In this document: positions 13,751-23,240 of the stretch, piece after piece
Numbering within the stretch: the first letter of the stretch is position 1
Layout of the letters: the number at the start of each line of letters is the position of its first letter
Assembly: GCF_006345805.1 (NCBI RefSeq)
Contig: NC_043020.1
Span: 12,462,001 to 12,526,000 of the forward strand
Reading direction: 5' to 3'
Length of the DNA: 64,000 nt
Source of the DNA: Octopus sinensis
Lineage: Eukaryota
Notes under the pieces: generated by a model
The model's database searches: none
What the model was told of the DNA's origin: nothing
What the model saw: the letters and a program-made list of their open reading frames with translations, nothing else
Translations under genes and position numbers: made by a program

Positions 13751-13931
13751 TATATATATAATATATATATATACATGTGTGTATATATATACATATATTA
13801 TGTTTTACGTTCTTGTCCCAGTGTATTTTCTACATATAATATATATATATATACACATACATACATATGTAATATACACACACATACATACATACATACA
13901 TACATACATTCATACACACATACATACATCA

Positions 13932-13990
<59 letters not shown>
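13147..13990. repeat. (CTAT)n followed by a compound TA/TACA tract with an internal ~320-bp tandem duplication
   Basis: The block atatacatgtgtgtat...acgttcttgtcccag..tgtattttctacata occurs near 13455 and 13773; same in B; only once in C. Confidence 0.85.
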
Positions 13991-13994
<4 letters not shown>

Positions 13995-13998
<4 letters not shown>

Positions 13999-16006
13999 GG
14001 TATGTAGAAAAATACAACATGGACAAGAACGTATAACTCTTACAAGACGATACAAAAACATGGACAGGACATTCGAACCCCTCAGTCTTCAGTCAAGAAC
14101 CGGATCATCGTAGTAATTTCGGCTGATTAATCTTGAGATTACTAGATCACGGCCAGCCCTCCAAGAAAAACTAAGCAACGAGCATTAGAAAAACTAAGCT
14201 GGAAGCGTAGATTTCTGGAAGAAGGATCGAATGCATACGAACACCAGGACAGCAAAAGGGACAGATATAAAAAAAACAAAAAACAATAATGGAATACAGA
14301 AACATGAAATACAAGCATTAACGGTGAAAACAACAAGTGTCTTACGACTGATAACAGCAAACAATTTTTTCTCTGGCGCATTGGAAAAAGCCTTTATAGC
14401 GGCGGACGAAAAACAACGATGTTAACACGACGAGGGTCAGGAGCTGAAAGGCAGATTTCGGCCAACAGTCACGTGACAGAGAAGAGGAAAAGAAAAGAAA
14501 GAGAAGCAAAGGAAGAGAGAGAGAGAAGGGGGACAAAACGCAACAAAGAGAGAAGAGAGAGAGAAAGAAGGAATCAGAGAGGAGAAGGGATGGGTGTCGA
14601 AGAATGACCTGTGAGTGCAGAGCGAGACAAAGAAATAGGAGGTAGTGGAAGACTAGACCAAAGGATCAGAGGAAAGAGAGATGAATAGAGAAAAAGAGAG
14701 AGAGAGGGGGACAGATCAAGTAAAAATGAGAGAGAGAGAGAGACAAACAGAGAGTCGTACCAATTATTAAGAATATGTGTTCACATAATGATAAGGGGGG
14801 TACGGGGCGCCTGGAATATATGTTAAGGTATGTAGAAAAATACAACATGGACAAGAACGTATAACTCTTAGAAGACGATACAATAAACATGGACAGGACA
14901 TTCGAACCCCTCAGTCTTCAGTCAAGAACCGGATCATCGTCGTAATTTCGGCTGATTAATCTTGAGATTACTAGATCACGGCCAGCCCTCCAAGAAAAAC
15001 TAAGCAACGAGCATTAGAAAAACTAAGCTGGAAGCGTAGATTTCCTGGAAGAAGGATCGAATGCATACGAACACCAGGACAGCAAAAGGAGACAGATATA
15101 AAAAAAAACAAAAAACAATAATGGAATACAGAAACATGAAATACAGAAGCATTAACGGTGAAAACAACAAGTGTCTTACGACTGATAACAAGCAAAAAAA
15201 TTTTTTCTCTGGCGCATTGGAAAAAGCCTTTATAGCGGCGGACGAAAACAACGATGTTAACACGACGAGGGTCAGGAGCTGAAAGGCAGATTTCGGCAAC
15301 AGTCACGTGACAGAGAAGAGGGAAAAGAAAAAAGAGAAGCAAAGGAGAGAGAGAGAGAAGGGGACAAAACGCAACAAAGAGAGAGAAGAGAGAGAAAGAA
15401 GGAATCAGAGAGGAGAGAGGGATGGTGTCGAAGAATGACCTGTGAGTGCAGAGCGAGACAAAGAAATAGGAGGGTAGTGGAAGACTAGACCAAAGGATCA
15501 GAGGAAAGAGAAGATGAATAGAGAAAAGAGAGAGAGAGGGGGACAGATCAAGTAAAAATGAGAGAGAGAGAGAGACAAACAGAGAATCGTACCATATTAA
15601 GAATATGTGTTCACATTAATGATAAGGGGGGTACGGGGCGTTGGAATATATGTTAAGGTATGTAGAAAAATACAACATGGACAAGAACGTATAACTCTTA
15701 CAAGACGATACAATAAACATGGACAGGACATTCGAAACCCTCAGTCTTCAGTCAAGAACCGGATCATCGTAGTAATTTCGGCTGATTAATCTTGAGATTA
15801 CTAGATCACGGCCAGCCCTCCAAGAAAAATAAGCAACGAGCATTAGAAAAACTAAGCTGGAAGCGTAGATTTCCTGGAAGAGGAGAATCGAAGCATACAA
15901 ACACCAGGACAGCAGCAAAGGGACAGATATAAAAAAAAAACAAAAAACAATAATGGAATACAGAAACATGAAATACAGAAGCATTAACGGTGAAAACAAC
16001 AAGTGT
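13995..16006. mobile_element. 2.4 tandem copies of an ~830-bp unclassified repeat (Penelope-like architecture suspected)
   Basis: Units start ttaaggtatgtagaaaaatacaac at 13995, 14823 and 15653; sits between (TA)n and (TG)n; an inverted terminal snippet lies upstream. Family assignment is inference. Confidence 0.6.
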
Positions 16007-16535
16007 GTATTGGTGTGTGTGTGTGTGTGTCCCACCCCTGACTTTGTTTCCGTCTAACTTTCGGTAAAATGGATATTTTTCAAAGATATTTTCTACAAAT
16101 GAGCTTCAGATGGTGTATTGGAATTTGTGCGCTGAAGTTTTTCTGGCTGTGGTGTGAGGATTTTCCGAAAATTCAGAAGAGTCGGCTTCATTTTCTCAGA
16201 AACGTTTAGAAAAATAGTTTTATTTTAAAATAAAATTTGCCACAAATACCTTTCTGGCGTGTGCAAACTAGGATTATATGAGAATTTAATGTAAGAAAAA
16301 AGGTGAGAAAAGATGGACACGCACACACATTCATACTCGTAAACATCACAATTTTCTTCGAAATTTCCCGTTTCATTTTCGAGATATATATGTGTAAGTG
16401 TAAAACAGGTTCACACCACCCACTTCCTGGTTTTTTTGTCCGAAGAAATTTTGATGTGGGAAATTACGATTTTTCCCCCAAATCAAGTTTAATTTAAGAA
16501 AAGCGGTGAAAAAAGTTTGGGTATGTATACTGACA

Positions 16536-17002
16536 TCTATATCTATAAAACTGTAGTTGTGTGAGTGTCTGTCCCCTTCGATTTAGATTCCTAACTACTC
16601 CCACATTTTGCGGTGCAATTTAACCAAATTCGGGTATCTTATAGTCGTGATTCATATCGAGCCCGTCTGGGTATTAGCGCGCGTCTACGATGAGTCTACG
16701 ATTTTAAAAATAATTTAACATCATTTTTTATTCCATTTTAATGCATAATTTTTCGTGTGTCGATGGCGGCGGAGTTGGCGTCCACGCTCAAACACCTGCA
16801 CCTGTGTTTGCTTCTCCCCTTTCTTCCCTCCCTCGTGAAGCTGTGGGGAAGGGAGTGTAAGGAAATCAACGTCGTAAAGCGCTGTCAAGGAGACCAGCGT
16901 TCTTTTAGAACAACGACTTCATGGCTTGAAGACACCAAAGCAGAATTGGCATCTATAAGGGAAGTAACTCTCTAAAAATGCAACGCCGGGCGATACTGCT
17001 AG
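16536..17002 (+). mobile_element. Non-autonomous Helitron (467 bp)
   Basis: A|TCTATATCTATAAAA ... cgccgggcg ... CTAG|T; no TSD; a paralogous empty site tgaca|tatattac lies at about 17415-17427. Confidence 0.88.
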
Positions 17003-17081
17003 TATATTACAATATTCTTCGAAATATCTAGTTTCATGTAGTAGGTATATGTGATATGTGTTCAGGATATATATATGTACC

Positions 17082-17400
17082 ATTTTTTCTCGTCCTGGTG
17101 CGCCGGATCCAGTGGCAAGACAAAGTCAAGACGGCTGGGGGTAGACCAGGTTGCAGGAGCTGCCGGAAGGTGGCATGCATGGCGCAATCCAACCGCCTTA
17201 GGGGCTCCACTCTGGGTTTTGGATGGCCATTGACTCATGAGAGAGTTCCTCTGCCCTTTGTCAGGTTTTGCTTTTAGTCCTGCTGGGTGTCCAAATCACC
17301 CTCCTTACCAAGAAATCTTGGTGGGGTTGCCAGTTTAGTCGCCAACGACCCGACCATGTAACAGGTTGTCCTGGGTTACATGTTACCAGTAGCTCCAAGG
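17082..17400. mobile_element. Unclassified GC-richer ~320-bp insert between 98-bp direct repeats
   Basis: Flanked by a duplicated segment; the minus strand (taaactggcaaccccacc, ggcagaggaact) reminds me of RTE 5' UTRs, unverified. Confidence 0.35.
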
Positions 17401-17590
17401 TTGGGTACGTATACTGACATATATTACAATTTTCTTCGAAATATCTAGTTTCATATAGTAGGTATATGTGATATGTGTTCAGGATATATATATGTACCCT
17501 TTAGTTTTTTATTGTCACTTCTAGTATAATCGTGTCCGACACGTGTGAATTTTCTGAAACTGTTCTCCCCACACCTCTCTTTTGCTCTTT

Positions 17591-17806
17591 TACTCTTTTA
17601 CTGGTTTCAGTCATTTGACTGCGGCCATGCTGGAGCACCGCCTTTAGTAGAGCAAATCTACCCCCGGGACTTATTCTTTGTAAGCCCAGTACTTACTCTA
17701 TCGGTCTATTTTGCCGAACCGCTAAGTGACGGGGACGTAAACACACCAGCATCGGTTGTCAAGCAATGCTAGGGGGACAAACACAGACACACAAACACAC
17801 TCATAC

Positions 17807-17876
<70 letters not shown>

Positions 17877-17996
17877 TTTAAGCAGCAGAAAATTCAACAA
17901 TTTGCTGCTTAAAATAAAGCATATTACTCTACCACTGGTATTTGAGTACTCTTTTTTCCACCTTGTTTCACATTTATGTGTTTACTCCGGTATATA

Positions 17997-18063
<67 letters not shown>

Positions 18064-18225
18064 GACAGGCTTCTTTCAGTTTCCGTCTACCAAATCCACT
18101 CACAAGACATTGGTCGGCCCCGGGCTATAGCAGAAGACACTTGCCCAAAATACCACGCAGTGGGACTGAACCCGGAAACATGTGGTTGGTTAGAAAGCTA
18201 CTTACCACACAGCCACTCCTGCGCC
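17591..18225 (-). mobile_element. SINE family B with a 118-bp insert in its (TA)n tract (also 39547-40181 and 59470-60109)
   Basis: Both halves match 2675-3104; the insert is at 17873-17990. Confidence 0.85.
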
Positions 18226-18452
18226 TATAATTTACACCTGGTAATTTTTTGTTTCTTTTCATAATACAATCGAAATAAACACTATCTGAAACGTATTTAT
18301 AAAAAAATGTCATTAAAAAATACCCATATTTTCAAAGTTATGAAGAAGCAAAGTCAGTGCGTGGGGTACACACTTGTGTAGAGTTTACATGGTTGTTAAA
18401 ATTTTTGTGCACTAGATTGATTATGCTTCTACTATACACAAAACAATTTTTA

Positions 18453-18745
18453 TAGTTAGCTAGTTTGGCCGTCTGCCCGGACACTTGAATGCTGTTACGT
18501 GAGCACGCCATCCATCACAGTCCTCCATGCATGTTCTTAATTCGTTAACGTTTGCCATTCTACTGTCCTGAAGCAAGGTGTCCACATAGGTTAGACATCT
18601 TCTTCCCCTGTTGATCCTTCCTTCAACTGACTGCCACGTGACTAGTTGATACACAGATTCTTCTGACTGCCAGCAATTTCCATTCTTCTCTACTGGATCT
18701 TCTCAGTCACTTTGGGTAGATCTTACTCCCAGAGCAGCTTTATGA
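18453..18745 (-). mobile_element. RTE-clade LINE 3' end, family 1 (also from about 40409 in B and about 60335 in C)
   Basis: Translates to VTWQSVEGRINRGRRCLTYVDTLLQDSRMANVNELRTCMEDCDGWR, the RTE ORF2 C-terminus pattern GRxxRGRxxxTYxD...MxDRxxWR; aacta-type tail. Confidence 0.8.
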
Positions 18746-19458
18746 AGAGGATCTACAAAGACTAGGGAGAAGTGAAGCTAACATGCTCTGTATGATGTGA
18801 AGTGCCATCCTGAAAGTATGACAAAGTTATAGGAGCACTCCGTCGGTTACCACGATGAGGGTCCCAGCTGATACGATCAACGGAACAGCTTGCTCGTGGA
18901 ATTAACGTGCAAGTGGCTGAGCACTCCACAGACACGTGTACCCTTAACGTAGTTCTCGGGGAGATTCCTTTGAAATACAGGTACAACAGAAACAGGAAGA
19001 AAGAGTGAGAGAAAGTTGTGGTGAAAGAGTACAGCAGGGTTCACCCCCCCCCTGCAGGAGCGTTGTGAAGCTTTAGGTGTTTTCGCTCAATAAACACTCA
19101 CAATGTCCGGTCTGGGAATCGAAACCGCGATCCTACGACCGCGAGTCTGCTGCCCTAACCACTGGGCCATTGTGCCTCCACTATGACAAAGTACAGATTG
19201 GTTGAGACAGGAATCAGATATTATTGTGCAAGGATGTGACATGCAAGAGAGACGTTTGCGCTAGTATGGTCATGTACTACGGATGAATGAGGAGAGATGT
19301 GTGAAGAAGTACCACTCCCAAACAGTTGAAGGAATCTGAGGTAGAGGTGGACCCAGGAAGACATGGAATGAGGTGATCAAGCTTGACCTTCGAACGTTGG
19401 GCCTCACAGAAGCAATGACGAAAGACCTCTGGAGATATGCTGTGACTGCGAAGACGAA
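18745..19458 (+). mobile_element. RTE-clade LINE 3' fragment, family 2, interrupted by a SINE
   Basis: DLQRLGRSEANML..QS|TDWLRQ..QERRLR*YGHVLRMNEERCVKK..GRGGPRKTWNEVIKLDLRTLGLTEAMTKDLWRYAV, in frame across the SINE once the TSD is removed. Confidence 0.8.
18828..19181 (-). mobile_element. SINE family C (tRNA-like head) with 11-bp TSD; 30-bp deletion in copy A only
   Basis: TSD tatgacaaagt at 18817-18827 and 19182-19192; B (40784-41167) and C (about 60714-61096) are intact. Confidence 0.9.
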
Positions 19459-19514
19459 ATAGTGCTAAGCATTTTGCCCGGTATGTTAACGTTTCTGCCA
19501 GCTCGCCACCTTTC

Positions 19515-19865
19515 ACACAATATTTCACACAAGATGCCATCCATTAGAATCCCCCATGCATGTTCTTAATTCGTTAACATTTACCATTCTACTGTCCTGA
19601 AGCAAGGTGTCCACATAGGTTAGACATCTTCTTCCCCTGTTCATCCTTCCTTCAACTGACTGCCACGAGACCAGTTGATACACTGATTCTTCTGACTGCC
19701 TGACGCAACGACCAGCAATTTCCATTCTTCTCTAATGGATCTTCTCAGTCACTTTGGATAGATTTTGATAAAGCTGCTCGTTGGTTAAATGAGCTCTCCA
19801 TGTAGCATTCAGATCCATTCTTAACATTCTTGCGTAGCAACCGTCTATTTGTTTCTCAAGCCTTC
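19515..19865 (-). mobile_element. Second fragment of RTE family 1
   Basis: LEKQIDGCYARMLRMDLNATWRAHLTNEQLYQNLSKVTEKIH*RRMEIAGRCVRQ, typical of the RTE ORF2 thumb region. Confidence 0.85.
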
Positions 19866-19895
19866 TGGTGAGGGTTCAAGCTTTAGCACCGTATA

Positions 19896-20311
19896 TATTT
19901 CTTTACTACCCATAAGGGGCTAAACATAGAGGGGACAAACAAGGACAGACAAACGGATTAAGTCGATTACATCGACCCCAGTGCGAAACTGGTACTTTAT
20001 TTATCGACCCCGAGGGGATGAAAGGCAATGTCGACCTCGGCGGAATTTGAACTCAGAACGTAACGACAGACGAAATACCCATTTCTCTATTACCCACAAG
20101 GGGCTAAACATAGAGGGGACAAACAAGGACAGACAAACGGATTAAGTCGATTACATCGACCCCAGTGCATAACTGGTACTTAATTTATCGACCCCGAGGG
20201 TATGAAAGGCAATGTCGACCTCGGCGGAATTTGAACTCAGAACGTAACGACAGACGAAATACCGCTAAGCATTTCGCCCGGCGCGCTAACGTTTCTGCCA
20301 GCTCGCCGCCT
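19896..20311 (-). mobile_element. SINE family A dimer inside a single TSD (also 41881-42296 and 61811-62225)
   Basis: agcaccgtata at 19885-19895 and 20320-20330; junction reads aaatgggtatttcgtc on the minus strand. Confidence 0.88.
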
Positions 20312-20729
20312 TTTCTTCAGCACCGTATAACAAAACTGAATCTACCGTGGAGATAAAAAAAATAATTTTCAATTCATGTGTCAACCTAGAACTTCAGATC
20401 TTACGCAGTTTGTGATTTTTATAAATTCCTAATAATTAAGATCTAAAATGTGAGATCATCTTTACCCTGATGACAGAGTCCCGTCTTATCCAATGTCAAT
20501 TGCATCCATACGGCCGCATATTGTGATGAACTAAATCTACCAGCATTATTATGGACCGAATCCCCAGAAACAGATGTTGGGCTTATATCACCCTTCTTAC
20601 ATCCTTTTAATTTTCTCTGTCGTTTGTACTCCGTGAAAGTTGGACCTAGTTTATACTTACATGTTTATACTTAAAAATTCATCATCTGAAAGTCTTCACC
20701 TCTTGCTTTCTCTCGTTTTGTGTGTGTAC

Positions 20730-20756
<27 letters not shown>

Positions 20757-20760
<4 letters not shown>

Positions 20761-20957
20761 GAAGGTTTACGAAAATAAACAAAAGACGAAGGCAGGTGGA
20801 GTACAAACAAACAAATGTATTAGTATGGCGCTCAGGAATCGAAATATAACGAGTATTTTACGTTTCGAGCCTACGCTCTTCGACAGAAAGATACACAGAA
20901 AAGAAACAAGGAGAGAAACAAATTGCGTGTAGGAGCTAACGATCCAACATGGCGTTC
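20757..20957 (-). mobile_element. ~200-bp repeat between (TA)n tracts containing a degenerate hammerhead-like fold (Penelope-like terminus suspected)
   Basis: Minus strand 20894-20853 reads ttt CTGTCGA A GAGC gtag GCTC GAAA CG TA aaa. Confidence 0.5.
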
Positions 20958-20963
20958 ACTATA

Positions 20964-21023
<60 letters not shown>

Positions 21024-21027
<4 letters not shown>

Positions 21028-21278
21028 AAATGAAGAAAATGCTGACAAAATAATTTAAGTAATTTAAGTAATTTAATTAGGTGAAAGTTCTTTTTAGCGG
21101 TTGCGCATTTGTTATGCTTATCAAAAGATAGATTTTTTCCTCTTATCTCTTTCCAGATAAGAGGAAAAAATCTATCTTTTGATAAGCATAGCAAATGCGC
21201 AACCGGTAAAAAGAACTTCACCTAATTAAATGACTTAAATTACTTAAATTATTTTGTCAACATTTTCTTCATTTCCTT
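21024..21278. mobile_element. 255-bp near-perfect palindrome/foldback (also 43009-43263 and 62949-63201)
   Basis: Arms of about 125 bp, 6-nt loop ctttcc (21149-21154), about 5 differences between arms. Confidence 0.9.
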
Positions 21279-21312
21279 TTTTATATATCACAACTCGTGT
21301 TCCACATCTCCT

Positions 21313-21355
<43 letters not shown>

Positions 21356-21357
<2 letters not shown>

Positions 21358-21710
21358 ATTTCATACTCAAACTAATACATTTAATATATTTGATGTATCC
21401 AATTTGCCTGGTGGGGGAGAGAAAGAGAAAATTTAGGAGTGTTAGGAAATTAGAATTAGGATAAAAGAAGAAAAGAAGAAAGAGAGAGAGAGAGAATAGA
21501 GTTTTACTGTTGAGTCATGAACTATCAATTTACCTGGAGCTATTATGTTCTCTCCACTGCCCTCTCGTTCTCCTCTCCTTCTTCTCATTCTCCCTCTCTT
21601 TCTTCTTGTCTCCTTTTCTCCTAACCCTCCTAAATTTTCTCTTTCTCTCCCCCACCAGGCAATTTAGATACATCAAATATATTAAATGTATTTGTTTGAG
21701 TATGAAATAC
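21356..21710. mobile_element. MITE-like element with 92-bp TIRs (also 43341-43695 and 63272-63621)
   Basis: 21356-21447 is the reverse complement of 21619-21710 with about 4 mismatches. Confidence 0.85.
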
Positions 21711-21918
21711 TTTAACCCTTTAACTCTTTTTAAATGTATATACAGGATGTCCCAATAACTTACAGTTGACCTAATAAATTACCCCAGTCTATATTCACAA
21801 AACCTTCGCCTGACAAGCTTCGATTTTACAAATTTTTTTCTCCTACTCCCCCACCTCTCCTTTTCTTTATTCTTATTTTTTTTCTTAACACCTTCAGACA
21901 TTTTCCCACTTCCATATA

Positions 21919-22586
21919 TTGGGTCAATAAATACTTGGCAGTACATTTTTAATCAACCAAATATGAACCATTTTGTTGCACAATGCGTCGCCATCTTTCC
22001 TTTAACTTGAAAATACCCTCGTCCCAGAACTAAGGTGGTTTACTCTTTTACTCTTTACTCTTTTACTTGTTTCAGTCATTTGACTGCGGCCATGCTGGAG
22101 CACCGCCTTTAGTAGAGCAAATCGACCCCGGGACTTATTCTTTGTAAGCCCAGTACTTATTCTATCGGTCTCTTTTGCCGAACCGCTAAGTGACAGGTTT
22201 CATGGCAAAGAATTCATCAAAGTACCAAGGAAATGAAATTTTTACCATTAAGACTGTTCTGTAGAGCCCTGAATAAGTGGAAATCCGATGGAGCAATATC
22301 TGGTGAATATGGAGGGTGGGGTAACACATCCCAGTCGAGCCGCAGCAATTTTTGTCTGGTTCCCAAAGCATCAAGTGGCGAAGATGAACTTTCTTATCTT
22401 CCATTTTAAAGGGTTACAGAATTAACACAGGTTGTAGGAAGATAAACCTTCTTCCACGAAAAGATAGTTTAAACTGTGCTCTAAATAGAGGTGTAGTCAA
22501 ATCCTATTTTGTGGATTCAACCATGTTCTAAAATAAGTCGAAAGGTAAGCTACTATAAATCGGTACGAACTTTCCGGACAACCCAA
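21919..22586 (-). mobile_element. Internally deleted mariner transposon interrupted by a SINE (also 43904-44571; partial from 63830)
   Basis: TA-TTGGGT at both ends; MEDKKVHLRHLMLW N-terminus joined to VLPHPPYSPDIAPSDFHLFRALQNSLNGKNF and, beyond the SINE, FWDEGIFKLKERWRRIVQQNGSY. Confidence 0.92.
22041..22196 (-). mobile_element. 5'-truncated SINE family B inserted in the mariner
   Basis: Family B 3' half flanked by ggttt repeats. Confidence 0.85.
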
Positions 22587-23240
22587 TATTATTTCTTCAC
22601 TCATAGGCTTTTCGTTTCTTTTCTGTTCTTTCACTTCGTGTTTTCCAGGACAAGTAAACACAGAGAATGGACCCTTCATCAGTTGTCAGCTGTCTAGCTA
22701 CTCCTCATTTCGAGCATTCAGCGGCAATACACGCACACTGAGGAACAGCACTAATTTCAGTCAGCTATCTTCTCTCTCGATCTATCTATTGATCTATCGG
22801 TTCACTTCTCAGGCAGTATACTCTAGCTACGTCCTTCTTTCAAATTTGGTGTAGCAAAAGATTTGGCCCTTCGTTGCGAGAGGAGTGCAAGTGTTAAGAG
22901 TAAACGGATCGACAGAAGTCTGTGATGGAGTCATAGAAAGGCGAAGGGGTGGTACAGAACGAGAGCTAACTGAGAGATAGTTACCAATGGCTGTAGAAGT
23001 TGGGTGGCCACAAGAAGCAGAAGATGAATTATAAGAAATTATAAGAAATTTGAATTAGAGTTACTGGAAGTCTTGTTTGCATACGACTCTTACGATTTTT
23101 TTTCAGCGGTATAATACCAAATTTGGTATGAGGGTTTTTCATTAATCGGGGAAGATTGTAGTGGGTCAAATTTTGGCCCTTGCACATATAGAGGTCTGTA
23201 GCCGCCCCCACAAGACCCTTCCGATTTCTTTGCAACGGTA

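Noticed and set aside
14062-14100. Hammerhead-like CTGAAGA...CGAA on the minus strand of the 830-bp unit
   Set aside because: GAAT instead of GAAA, no stem II pairing, no stem III or UH site; the nearby tagtaat/attacta hairpin lacks hammerhead topology
13313-14113. YIYI/HTHT/LSLS-type ORFs here and throughout the window
   Set aside because: Translations of (TA)n, (CA)n and (CT)n microsatellites
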